Below, in pieces: positions 1 through 9,571 of a stretch of DNA of 45,176 bases. Position 1 is the stretch's first letter; each line of letters starts with the position of its first letter. The notes under the pieces were generated by a model that did no database searches, had not been told where the DNA came from, and saw only the letters and a program-made list of their open reading frames with translations. Source of the stretch: Deltaproteobacteria bacterium TL4 (GTDB lineage Bacteria > SAR324 > NAC60-12); assembly GCA_051382335.1 (NCBI GenBank), contig JBBCAX010000022.1:1-45176 (forward strand). Direction: 5' to 3'. Made by a program: the position numbers and the translations under genes.

Positions 1-72
1 TCATTCCTCCGTAAAACTATTAAATCCAATTAATTCCTGGAGGGAAGATATCAACATTTGGAAACTATGTCA

Positions 73-3000
73 TCAGTAAAGGATCCTCGGATCGAAAACG
101 CATGACCCGGAAAATGGGAATGCGCCCAATGAAAGTAACTTGTTAATATCATCCACCGGTTTAGACAAATAATCGTTTGCGCCCGCATCAATACATTTGG
201 CACGATCATCTTTCATGGCTTTGGCCGTCAAGGCGATAATCGGAAGATTGGCAAAACGCTTTTGTTTTCGAATTTCATGCATGGTTTCATAGCCATCCAT
301 TTCAGGCATCATGATATCCATTAAAATAAGATCTATATCGGGCTGCGCTACTAATTCTTCCAACGCCTTTTTACCATTGAACACCTGTGTGACAAACATT
401 TCACGATCTTCTAATTGGTGTGTTAACGCAAATGAATTCCGTGGATCATCATCAACGAGGAGCAGCTTTTTCCCTCTTAGCACTAAATCCTTATTATACA
501 CTTCTCGGATCTTATTCTGCTGGGATTGCGGTAATGTTGCTTCGACTCGATGCAGGAATAAAGTCAGTTCACTCAATAACCGTTCCAGGGACTTCGCGCC
601 TTTGATGATGATGCTTTTTGCGTATTGACTCAATTGCAGTTCATCTTCCCGACTAATTTCCTGCCCCGTATAAACAATCACAGGCGGATAGTTCCTATCG
701 GGATCTTGTTTGATTTTTTCAAGCAATTCGAGGCCGGACATGTCCTTTAACTGGATATCCATGATAATACAATCAAAGTCGTGAGTCTTCAATAACTCAC
801 AGGCTTGATGACCTGTTTTTGCGACAAAAGTATCCGCCTTCGTATCTGCCGCAAGATCCATCATCGCTTCCCTCAAAACTTTATCGCTTTCAACAATCAG
901 AACCTGCTGGATTAATTTGGCAAGGAACAGTTCCATTTTTTGAAAGGCTAGCTCCAGTCCATTTCGGCTGACAGGTTTCGTCAGAACGCCGATAGACCCC
1001 ATCTGCATGGCTTTGACGCCCTTATCCTTTGAAGAAATAAAGTGCACCGGAATATGCCGGGTGTCGGGCGATGTCTTCAGTTCATCCATCACAACCCATC
1101 CGTCCAACTGCGATAAATCCACATTCAAAATAATAGCATTCGGTGTATATTGGTGTGCGAGTCTTAAGCCGCTGTTCCCGTCTGTAGCCATTAAGACTTT
1201 AAATCCTTTCTCATGCGCAACCTCCACAACATCATGCGCGAAAACCAGATCATCTTCAATCAATAACAGAACTTGATCATCAGAAGCAATGCGGGACCGA
1301 TCATCTTCGAGCTTATCAGTCCCGGCCAGTTCTTCCGCGGTATTTCCTTCAAAAGATGGGGTTGCAGGCAGCGGTTCCTCAGCAACTTCGGATACCACTT
1401 GTTTGTTTTCATTCAGAGGGAGGAACAGGGTAAAGGTACTTCCTTTCCCTTCTTCACTTTGCAAACCAATCGCACCACCTAAAAGCTGGGCATAGTCTTT
1501 TGAAATGGAAAGCCCCAAGCCGGTTCCTCCATATTTTCGGCTGGTACTGCCATCGGCCTGTTGAAAAGCTTCAAAAATTAACTTTTGCTTTGATACGGGA
1601 ATTCCTAACCCGGTATCAGAAACTGCCATGGCAACGGTCCGAGAGGAGGATGTGTCCTCGTCAGGAATGAAAACTCGCAGGGTGATTTCGCCTTCACTGG
1701 TGAATTTAATGGAATTGGAAACCAGATTTTTTAGAATTTGTTCTACACGTTGCCTGTCAGTTTTTATAGACAACTGAGCGGGAACTTCCAACGTGGTGAT
1801 GAGTGACAAACCTTTTTGCCGGATGAGGTGTTCAAAATTTCGTTGGACATAGAGGGGGAATTCTTCCAGAGGGGTTTCTTCTATATGAAGCTCCAGTTTT
1901 CCGGCTTCAACTTTAGAGAGGTCAAGAATGTCGTTGATTAAATTCAACAATTCAATGCCGGAATCATGAATGGTCTGCGCGAATTGGATCTGTTTACTGG
2001 AGAGATTGTTTTCTTTATTTTGTATTAAGCTATCCGCAAGGAGCAACATGCTGTTAAGAGGGGTTCTCAGTTCATGAGACATATTAGCCAGAAATTCCGA
2101 TTTATATTTCCCACTCACTTCCAGCGCCTCGGCCTTGGCTCTCAATTCTTTTTGTGCCATAAGGAGAACTTTATTTTTATCTTCAATCACTATTTGCTGT
2201 TCTTCCAAGGACCTTGATTGCTCTTCCAATTCGGCATTAGTATTTTGAAGTTCTTCCTGTTGCGCATGCAATTCAGTTTCCGATTCTCTGAGCGCATGAG
2301 TTTGCATTTCCAATTCTTCATTATTTTGCTTCAGTTCCTCCTGCTGGATCTCTAATTCTTCGGCCTGCTTTCTCGTACTATCCAGCAGCATTTCTGTTCG
2401 AATCCGGGATTGTGTCGAATGGAGGGTTACAGCAATTCCTTCCAAGGTTTGATTAATCCAGTCTACTTGCAAAGCGGTAAAGCCATGCAAGGATCCCAGT
2501 TCCATCACACCTTTAAGTGTTTCTTCAAGGAGTATGGGCACAATAAACAGGTTTTTGGGAATTGACGACTGAATACCGGAGGTAATCAGCATCAAATTTT
2601 CAGGAATTGCAGAAAGCATCATACTTTTCTTTTCCTGTGCCACCTGACCGACAAGACTTTCTCCCAATTTAAATTCGCTCGGAAGTCCTTTCATCGGAGT
2701 ATAGCCATATTTCCCATACATTTTTAAGTGGGAAGCGTTTTCGACGAGATACAGAACTCCGATTTCAGCACCAACATAGCGACAGAGGAAATTGATAATA
2801 TTTTGGGTCAAGGTTTCCAGACTTTGCTCTCCGCGCATCGTTTCGCTGATTTTGGCTTGACCACTTTTAAGCCAGTTTTGTTTTTTATTGGCTTCAGCGT
2901 ACTCTCTTAAACTGTAAGTCATTGCGGCAATAGCGTTTCCCAAATGATCCTGTTCTGATAAAGGCACAACCGTCAAGGAGTAATCCCCCCGGGCAATTGT

Positions 3001-4374
3001 ATTTGCCTGAGTCACAACAGCATTAAGATTTGCCCGCATCTGATTGACAGATTTCCCCAACAGATCTTCTTCACTCTTGATAGCCACCGATTTACTGAAA
3101 TCCCCCAAGGCCACCGAAGAACAAACATCAGCAACCGCTTTAAAGGAAGTCACTACGTCCTTAAAGCTCTCAACCACCATTCCAATTTCATTATTCGGGG
3201 CACTAATTTCATCATAACGAAGATTTCCAGTGGCAACCTCTTTGGCCCACTTCGAAAGTTGATTGATGGGATCGACCAAACGTTTGGTAACCAATAAGGC
3301 GAGGCCTAACACAACGAGGAAGGTCACGATGAGAAGAGAAACGATGACATTCTGTAAATTTCTTATGGATTTAAAAACTTCCGCTTCCGCGTTTTCTACA
3401 ACGAGTGCCCAATTTACGCCGAACCTTTCCAGAGCTTCAAGATGCAAATGAATTCCTAAGACAGGGACGCCGTCAGCATTGGGATAAATCCATAATTTAT
3501 TTTGATGCTGTCTCGCTTCAGGCCCTTTTGCATGCTCTAACCATAAACGCGTCTGTTCCGTATTAATTTGTTTCTTAAGAATACCCGATCCCTGTTCAAA
3601 CTGAGAATGGGTTCGCTCTAACAGATCCGCCCCTATGAGATAGGCTTCTCCTGTCTTTCCCAATTCCTTATTATTTTGTAAAATCGCTTCAATTTTTTTC
3701 ATGGAAAATTGGAAACCGATGACTCCGGTTGATTGATCATCATAAGTGATCGTCTGAGTAATAAAGCCGCTAATTCTGCGACCGGAAGGACCATAGGGGG
3801 CAATATCTGAAAAACTGGCTTGCCCGGTTTTGAGGGTTTGTTGTACCGCTTTGGTAAAACGTGATTCCCCATATTTCCCTGTAAAAAGATTCGTTCCTAA
3901 ATCCTCCTCTTTCATTACAGTAAACAGGATGTTACCTTCCGCATCAATGAGAAAAGCATCATAGAACTCATAAATGCTATGAAATGTTCTTATGCCATCG
4001 GCATGTTCCGCGGCGATTTGATCCCACTCCGCACTTTTAACAAATTGTGCCAAAGACAAATTACTTTGCTGATAAGCATTACTTAAGCGTTTGAACAATT
4101 GCCGAGTTGAGTGGTCTTGAGACTGAGCTTCCAGGTTTTTCAGTTGTCCCTCAAAAAGTTCATTGATACTCTCTCCCATGAGATTGGCAATCATGGAAAC
4201 CATTTGAATCTCATGCTCATAGAGGGCGTTTCGAGAGTTGTAATAGCTGAAAGAACTGATAGTGAGCAGTGGCAGCAGAGCCATGAGCAAAAACCAGGAG
4301 AAGAGAGTTCTGCCCAGTTGGCTTTCGATTATAAAACGGACCTTCTCTTTTTTTGGCAATAATGGATGATTCAC
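73..4374 (-). CDS. Membrane hybrid histidine kinase (Cache-like sensor, HAMP, GAF, HisKA, HATPase, three receiver domains)
   Basis: Two TM segments flank a periplasmic domain. H-box FLANMSHELRTPLN, N-box NLVSNSIKFT, G-boxes DTGLGI and GGTGLGL. Three C-terminal REC domains, the last with LVDDD...ILMDIMMP. Confidence 0.93.
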   Translation of the reverse strand: MNHPLLPKKEKVRFIIESQLGRTLFSWFLLMALLPLLTISSFSYYNSRNALYEHEIQMVSMIANLMGESINELFEGQLKNLEAQSQDHSTRQLFKRLSNAYQQSNLSLAQFVKSAEWDQIAAEHADGIRTFHSIYEFYDAFLIDAEGNILFTVMKEEDLGTNLFTGKYGESRFTKAVQQTLKTGQASFSDIAPYGPSGRRISGFITQTITYDDQSTGVIGFQFSMKKIEAILQNNKELGKTGEAYLIGADLLERTHSQFEQGSGILKKQINTEQTRLWLEHAKGPEARQHQNKLWIYPNADGVPVLGIHLHLEALERFGVNWALVVENAEAEVFKSIRNLQNVIVSLLIVTFLVVLGLALLVTKRLVDPINQLSKWAKEVATGNLRYDEISAPNNEIGMVVESFKDVVTSFKAVADVCSSVALGDFSKSVAIKSEEDLLGKSVNQMRANLNAVVTQANTIARGDYSLTVVPLSEQDHLGNAIAAMTYSLREYAEANKKQNWLKSGQAKISETMRGEQSLETLTQNIINFLCRYVGAEIGVLYLVENASHLKMYGKYGYTPMKGLPSEFKLGESLVGQVAQEKKSMMLSAIPENLMLITSGIQSSIPKNLFIVPILLEETLKGVMELGSLHGFTALQVDWINQTLEGIAVTLHSTQSRIRTEMLLDSTRKQAEELEIQQEELKQNNEELEMQTHALRESETELHAQQEELQNTNAELEEQSRSLEEQQIVIEDKNKVLLMAQKELRAKAEALEVSGKYKSEFLANMSHELRTPLNSMLLLADSLIQNKENNLSSKQIQFAQTIHDSGIELLNLINDILDLSKVEAGKLELHIEETPLEEFPLYVQRNFEHLIRQKGLSLITTLEVPAQLSIKTDRQRVEQILKNLVSNSIKFTSEGEITLRVFIPDEDTSSSRTVAMAVSDTGLGIPVSKQKLIFEAFQQADGSTSRKYGGTGLGLSISKDYAQLLGGAIGLQSEEGKGSTFTLFLPLNENKQVVSEVAEEPLPATPSFEGNTAEELAGTDKLEDDRSRIASDDQVLLLIEDDLVFAHDVVEVAHEKGFKVLMATDGNSGLRLAHQYTPNAIILNVDLSQLDGWVVMDELKTSPDTRHIPVHFISSKDKGVKAMQMGSIGVLTKPVSRNGLELAFQKMELFLAKLIQQVLIVESDKVLREAMMDLAADTKADTFVAKTGHQACELLKTHDFDCIIMDIQLKDMSGLELLEKIKQDPDRNYPPVIVYTGQEISREDELQLSQYAKSIIIKGAKSLERLLSELTLFLHRVEATLPQSQQNKIREVYNKDLVLRGKKLLLVDDDPRNSFALTHQLEDREMFVTQVFNGKKALEELVAQPDIDLILMDIMMPEMDGYETMHEIRKQKRFANLPIIALTAKAMKDDRAKCIDAGANDYLSKPVDDINKLLSLGAFPFSGSCVFDPRILY

Positions 4375-4573
4375 CTTAACCTTTCATGAAGCACGGTTGC
4401 CCCCTGAAAGCTTAATGACAATTTCTTGTTGAAAGGACAAGAGCCAAAATATTTTTTGTATTCCCCCTCTGGGGGTCCCCGGTTCTGAAACAAAAGTCAA
4501 CCAATCTTCGCATACGAAAGAGTTGTTATTTTATTTCAGATCATGTAAACATCAGAAAAATTGTTGAGTTATC

Positions 4574-4741
4574 ATGAAAGGGAATGTGGTGAATTCTGTA
4601 ATTCGAATTGAACATGATTTTTGAATCATTGACGTTGAGCTTGTGACAAGGACAGTCAAGGAGCTTGAAAAGAGAATCCTCCTGAAAATATTTGAAACGG
4701 AAGCCGAGGCCCTCTCAGCATTATCGGCATCAGGTTCGTGA
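4574..4741 (+). pseudogene. Possible degenerate STAS/SpoIIAA-like gene remnant
   Basis: Frame reads MKGNVVNSVIRIEHDF*(TGA 4622)IIDVELV...LLKIFETEAEALSAL. The KIFETEAEAL tail resembles STAS-type C-termini and the KIFSAEDLALAWL tail of the next gene. Confidence 0.3.
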
Positions 4742-4831
4742 GAGAGAGGAGAAAGTCACAGTTATTTTTAAAATTATTCTATGTTTGGGACTCATGGACT
4801 CCGTCAAACTTTATCAGGTGCTAAAACGAAA

Positions 4832-5260
4832 ATGATTGAAACACCTTGCTTTCAACAATGGTTAGGGAACAACCAGATCCTCTACGCTCGTGTTTTTCCC
4901 AATAGTGAACTGACCCTTAAAGAGATGAGGTTGCATATTGAAGCTATTGGAAAACTGACTCAAGGGAAAAAATATCCGATGCTCGTAGATCTTCGTGGTG
5001 CTGTATCGTTCTCCAAGGAGGCTCGAACTTTTCTCCGTAGTGAACAGGGAACCCGTCATAGCACCGCTATTGCGCTTTTGGTAGGAAATCCCATCACTCG
5101 AATTATTGATAATTTTTTTCTGGGTTTCAATAAACCGCAGAGTGGTATTTCTGTCAAAATTTTCTCTGCTGAAGATCTTGCCTTGGCATGGTTGGAACGA
5201 TCTCGCATTCTTCAAAATAATCTGCGTTCAGCGAATGCTGAGTCGTTACCAAAGGGGTAA
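4832..5260 (+). CDS. Small STAS/SEC14 (SpoIIAA)-like protein
   Basis: Pattern MLVDLR...FSKEAR...AIALLVGNPITRII..FF...KIFS.EDLALAWL. ORF is open from 4781; ATG 4832 chosen as the likelier start. Confidence 0.65.
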   Translation: MIETPCFQQWLGNNQILYARVFPNSELTLKEMRLHIEAIGKLTQGKKYPMLVDLRGAVSFSKEARTFLRSEQGTRHSTAIALLVGNPITRIIDNFFLGFNKPQSGISVKIFSAEDLALAWLERSRILQNNLRSANAESLPKG

Positions 5261-5336
5261 GAATGGCCAAGAAAGGCCTGCCTACCCTGCAAAAAATTGC
5301 CGGATGTTCCCGAGGAAGGAGCCTTTTAGGAAGATC

Positions 5337-5888
5337 TTACTGGAGATTTGGCGACGATGGAGTCTCAGAGTGAGCGTTCAAAGGCGAAGGTTCCAGAATC
5401 ATCATTTTTTTAGCAGTCTTTTCTCTGCTCTTATAAACTCTTGTCTGATACCAGCCCATGAGGATGAATAGAAGGCTAATCAGACCTGTCATAAGCGTAG
5501 CGAGAAGAAACAATCTCAAACCACAGGCCATTCCAACGATCAAGAGGAGAATGATCTGTGTGGCTTCCTTCGATGAAATCAACTCGGTTCGGAAGCGAAT
5601 GATACTGAGAGCACCGACCAAACCCAGAGCATTGGCCAAACTCCTGCCAATCAAAATCATCATAAAGGCCCCTGAAATACAAAGGAGGATATGAACCTGC
5701 TGGGATTGGATTCTCAATAGATAATCTCGTTTCCGCTTTTTCTTTCTGGGAGTAATCCGTTCAGTCCATCGCATCACAGTGGAAAGTATGATTCCCAGAA
5801 GAAGAGCAAGTCCCACGATTTGCAGCATATCATAGGAAAATTCTGGAATATGTAATTGGAACATCTCATGTTCTGTAGAAGGTGGCAT
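5337..5888 (-). CDS. DUF4956-family (MgtC-like) membrane protein
   Basis: Motif IG.SLA.ALGLVGALSIIRFRT followed by GMACG; about four hydrophobic segments. Confidence 0.8.
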   Translation of the reverse strand: MPPSTEHEMFQLHIPEFSYDMLQIVGLALLLGIILSTVMRWTERITPRKKKRKRDYLLRIQSQQVHILLCISGAFMMILIGRSLANALGLVGALSIIRFRTELISSKEATQIILLLIVGMACGLRLFLLATLMTGLISLLFILMGWYQTRVYKSREKTAKKMMILEPSPLNAHSETPSSPNLQ

Positions 5889-6153
5889 AGGTACCTTAAA
5901 TTGGGTAATCTTTCATATTTTTATTTTTTCACACACCTTTTTAAGGTTATCCTAACACTTTCCATACCAAACGGATCAAGAATCATTCAGTACAATTCGA
6001 ATCTTTATCAAGCGTTAGTGAGTCAACAACACCTTTTTAGGCGGAATCCCTGAAGAGGAGGCAAAAAGATCGGCCGATGAAGAGATGAGGATGGCCTCGC
6101 CATTGCTCATTCAAACAACACAACATCTCAGACAAAAACCTTAGAGACACCGG

Positions 6154-6732
6154 ATGAAAATGAAAATAGAGAACTTGTATTTGCTACCAATACTGGGTTT
6201 GAGCTTACTTCTCAACGCATGCTATCCCCACCATGTTGATTATCGTTGGGGATGGACGACTGAAAAAATAGAAGGGGTGATGTTTTCTTCGGATGGCAAC
6301 CCCTTACCCCAAAATAGCTTTATTGTAATTCGGGAGTACTACGCTCAATTTGTTCAATTCGAGGGAGAGTCTCCACTCTATGTTCCTCAGGCAAGGATCG
6401 TATACCCCGATAAAAAGGGCGCATTTAAAATAAATTTTGATTACAGAGCCTCCAAAATCGATTTAACGTTCGTGGCCTCAGGTTACCTGATACAGCAATT
6501 TTTTTTCCAACGTCAAATGGGAGTAGGGACTTTACAATATCAGGCTTCTATGGAAAAAACACAAGGGTGGCAAGACCATCTGTTCATTACCTTAAGTCCC
6601 TTGCTACAGCAGTTTATTCTGGATCAACGTTTCCAAATGCCCGATACGGATCAGTTGTTCGTTGCAGAATGGCTGGAACAGGAAAAGCTCAAAGCCGAAC
6701 CTAAAAAAAATCAGGGAAAGGAAGTGGAATGA
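6154..6732 (+). CDS. Hypothetical lipoprotein
   Basis: Signal peptide with lipobox LNAC; its stop overlaps the moaC start (ATGA). Confidence 0.7.
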   Translation: MKMKIENLYLLPILGLSLLLNACYPHHVDYRWGWTTEKIEGVMFSSDGNPLPQNSFIVIREYYAQFVQFEGESPLYVPQARIVYPDKKGAFKINFDYRASKIDLTFVASGYLIQQFFFQRQMGVGTLQYQASMEKTQGWQDHLFITLSPLLQQFILDQRFQMPDTDQLFVAEWLEQEKLKAEPKKNQGKEVE

Positions 6733-7205
6733 CGGAGTTTACTCATTTAGGAGAAAAGGACCATCCCAGAATGGTAGATGTTTCCCAAAAACCTGAAACC
6801 TCAAGAGTCGCAACCGCGGAAGCCAGGGTCAAATTGGGAGCTACGTTATTTGAACAACTTCAGCAGACAGGCAGCACCCAAAAGGGGCCTGTACTTCAAA
6901 CTGCGATTATTGGCGGAATTCAGGGCGCAAAACGTACCGCGGATCTCATCCCGATGTGCCATCCTCTGGCTTTGTCTGGAGCCGATATTGAGATCCAGCT
7001 TGAAGAAGGGTATGCGGTCATAACGGCAACCGTCAAAACCACAGGCCCTACCGGTGTGGAAATGGAAGCTTTAACCGCTGTCTCTGTGGCCGCTTTAACC
7101 TTGTATGATATGTGCAAATCTATCACCAAGGGGATGGTGATTGAATCAATCCGTTTATTGGAAAAAACAGGTGGAAAATCGGGTCATTACAAGGCGGATC
7201 GATAG
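6729..7205 (+). CDS. moaC: Cyclic pyranopterin monophosphate synthase
   Basis: MVDVSQK, LIPMCHP, TGVEMEALT, LYDMCK and KTGGKSG motifs. Confidence 0.97.
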   Translation: MTEFTHLGEKDHPRMVDVSQKPETSRVATAEARVKLGATLFEQLQQTGSTQKGPVLQTAIIGGIQGAKRTADLIPMCHPLALSGADIEIQLEEGYAVITATVKTTGPTGVEMEALTAVSVAALTLYDMCKSITKGMVIESIRLLEKTGGKSGHYKADR

Positions 7206-7207
7206 GG

Positions 7208-7846
7208 TTAAGGAACAATAATCACATCAACTCGATTGTTAAGAAGCTGTTGTTCGGGAGAGGCATTATTAAAACGGGGACGATATTGGCCGAAGCCTTT
7301 TACGGTTATTTTTTGTCCATCAACCCCTGCGGTGGTTAAAAACTGCGCGACTTTGGACGCTCGGGCCCCCGAAAGTTCCCAGTTGGTTTTCCATTGTTTG
7401 GGAGAAATGTTATCCGTATGACCTTCTATTTGAATTTTATTCGGCAAAAAATAAATCAGTTTCGCAAAACGTTCTAATTCTTGTTTCGCTTTTTCATTCA
7501 GTTCTGAGGACTCTGGCAGGAAAAAAGCATTAGAACTGAAAGAAATGACAGTTCCCCGTTCCTCGACATTCACACTGGTTTCTTCAGCAAGTTCACTTTC
7601 TTCCATTTCTTTGGCTAAGTCCTCCACAGCGGAATCCATCCCTTCTTCCATGGAAGGACTGGCCGTGGGCAAAGGCTTAAAACTATCACCCACCGATTTA
7701 AATTTATTGGCATCCATTTTACACATGGAAAAGAGTAAAATGAAGAAACACAACAGCAAGGTTACCAAGTCGCCATAAGTAAAAATCCATCCATCCTTAA
7801 ATTCTACACAGACCGCACATTCGTCTTCATCGATCATCTGTCCCAT
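7208..7846 (-). CDS. motB: Flagellar stator B subunit, paralogue 2
   Basis: WIFTYGDLVTLLLCFFILL TM with conserved Asp; OmpA-like domain (EGHTDN, NWELSGARA, NNRVD). ATG at 7846. Confidence 0.92.
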   Translation of the reverse strand: MGQMIDEDECAVCVEFKDGWIFTYGDLVTLLLCFFILLFSMCKMDANKFKSVGDSFKPLPTASPSMEEGMDSAVEDLAKEMEESELAEETSVNVEERGTVISFSSNAFFLPESSELNEKAKQELERFAKLIYFLPNKIQIEGHTDNISPKQWKTNWELSGARASKVAQFLTTAGVDGQKITVKGFGQYRPRFNNASPEQQLLNNRVDVIIVP

Positions 7847-7849
7847 CAA

Positions 7850-8509
7850 TTACCTCTCTTGATCTTCAGGAAGAAGCAGGATTTCAACTCTACGATTTAA
7901 GCCCCGTTTATAGGCAGTGTCGTTGTAGAATCGGGGCCGGTAATGCCCATAACCAGCAATTTGCATGCGTTTTCCTGGAATACCCAAACTTTCTAAATAG
8001 GTTGCGATGACAGCGGCTCTGGCCGTTGAAAGTTCCCAGGTTGACGGATACAGGGAAATACTATCCGCAGTACTGTCGGTGTGTCCGGAAATGAGGATAT
8101 TATTGGGCAGGCTTGAGATAACAGGAATAGCTTTCGCAATTGCTTTTTTAGCAGCATCAGTCAGTTCCACAGACCCTGTTTCAAAAGCAAGTGTGTCCTT
8201 AAATGTGATAGCAACTCCTTTATCAGAAACATTGAGGGTTACATCATCAGGCATATCCACCTGTTCCAGATCTTTTGAAACTTCGTCCATGACAGAACTT
8301 TTCCCCTTGAAGGCAAAAGGACTGCCTGGAGGCATAGGTCTAAAACTTTGTGAAACTGCTGATATTTTTTCAGCATCCATTTTACACATCGAAAATAAAA
8401 GAATGAAAAAACACAGCAATAAAGTTACCAGATCCCCATAGGTAAAGATCCAGCCATCTTTAAATTCGACACAAACCGCACAGTCATCTTCATCAATAAG
8501 CTGTCCCAT
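7850..8509 (-). CDS. motB: Flagellar stator B subunit, paralogue 1
   Basis: Same TM motif; SGHTDS, WELSTARA, NRRVEI. Start overlaps the motA stop (TAATG). Confidence 0.92.
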   Translation of the reverse strand: MGQLIDEDDCAVCVEFKDGWIFTYGDLVTLLLCFFILLFSMCKMDAEKISAVSQSFRPMPPGSPFAFKGKSSVMDEVSKDLEQVDMPDDVTLNVSDKGVAITFKDTLAFETGSVELTDAAKKAIAKAIPVISSLPNNILISGHTDSTADSISLYPSTWELSTARAAVIATYLESLGIPGKRMQIAGYGHYRPRFYNDTAYKRGLNRRVEILLLPEDQER

Positions 8510-9360
8510 TATTCACCGCCGCCGCCGCCGCCGCCGCCGCCACCGCCGCCACCTTTTTGCTCATTCTCAAACTTGAGTTGTTCGTACATTTGCTTTTGTG
8601 TGGTAGGTAAATAATTCATTAAGTCCTGCTCAATAAAATCAGGACGTTGACCCGATTCAATATACAACACCCCATCTCGAATCATTTCCTGCAATAATTT
8701 CAACTGACCTTTTTGTCCTTTTATTTTATTGGCTGCCGGGTTAAAGACAACGTTGGATAACAAAGAACCATAGAATGTTGTAATTACCGCAACCGCCATT
8801 GAAGGTCCAATGGTAGAAGGATCATCCAGATTTTGCAGTAACAATACGAGCCCAACCAGTGTTCCTAACATTCCCCATGCGGGACACATGGCGGCAAAAG
8901 TTACCAGGACATTCGCCTCACCATCAAGCTGTGCATCTCCATACTTCATTTCGTGAGCCATCATATCGACTAAAAGGGTTCTGTCCACACGGTCAACGAC
9001 CAACCTCAAACCTCCTCTTAAAAATTCATTTTCAATACTGGGAAGCGCGTCTTCAATCGCTAAAATATTTTTACGGGCGATTTTAGCGACATCAACGATC
9101 AAGGTTAGTGTTTCAACCAACTGAACATTTTGCTCTTTATAAGTCTTACCTATAACTTTTGGAATTGCTAAGACATCTTCCATGGAGAAGCTCAACAGAA
9201 TTGAAGCATAGGCTCCACCGACAACAATGAGGAGAGAGGGAACATCAAAAAAGTACATTAAGTTACCTATTTGGAACTCGAATGTATTGAAATTGAAGGC
9301 TATTCCTACAAATAATAGAGAATATCCAAGAATCGATCCTACCACACTACTTGTATCCAT
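8509..9360 (-). CDS. motA: Flagellar stator A subunit (MotA/PomA/MotP family)
   Basis: DVPSLLIVVGG, PAWGMLGTLVGL, GPSMAVAVITTFYG; SD AGGAGG upstream. Confidence 0.93.
   Translation of the reverse strand: MDTSSVVGSILGYSLLFVGIAFNFNTFEFQIGNLMYFFDVPSLLIVVGGAYASILLSFSMEDVLAIPKVIGKTYKEQNVQLVETLTLIVDVAKIARKNILAIEDALPSIENEFLRGGLRLVVDRVDRTLLVDMMAHEMKYGDAQLDGEANVLVTFAAMCPAWGMLGTLVGLVLLLQNLDDPSTIGPSMAVAVITTFYGSLLSNVVFNPAANKIKGQKGQLKLLQEMIRDGVLYIESGQRPDFIEQDLMNYLPTTQKQMYEQLKFENEQKGGGGGGGGGGGGGE
8515..8553 (-). repeat. GGC/GGT trinucleotide run encoding 13 Gly at the MotA C-terminus
   Basis: (gcc)n run on the + strand; protein ends KGGGGGGGGGGGGGE. Confidence 0.95.
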
Positions 9361-9571
9361 GTACTTGACCTCCTATGATTCTTTTCCGGGAATGCGGGTT
9401 TCTATCTACCAAAGCAGACAGGACTCCTGCGTTCTCAAAACAAAATGGTTTATAAAATACTCTATAATTTTTATTTTTACGTGACCATCAACTACTAATC
9501 TGAAAAAACCGGACAGTGCGTAAGATTTAGTTGGATAGGAGGCTTGCAATTTTAATGCTCAAATTGCGTTT

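Noticed and set aside
5889..6153. Moco riboswitch or sigma28 promoter upstream of the lipoprotein-moaC pair
   Set aside because: No Moco motif could be built; GCCGATGA has no correctly spaced -35.
7208..9360. Zorya (ZorAB) anti-phage system
   Set aside because: MotA lacks the long ZorA tail, the motifs are flagellar-type, and there are no zorC/D/E genes.
9361..9571. c-di-GMP riboswitch, sigma28 or sigma54 promoter before motA
   Set aside because: No GEMM core (GGCAAA...GACGCAAAG); only poor GG-N10-GC matches.
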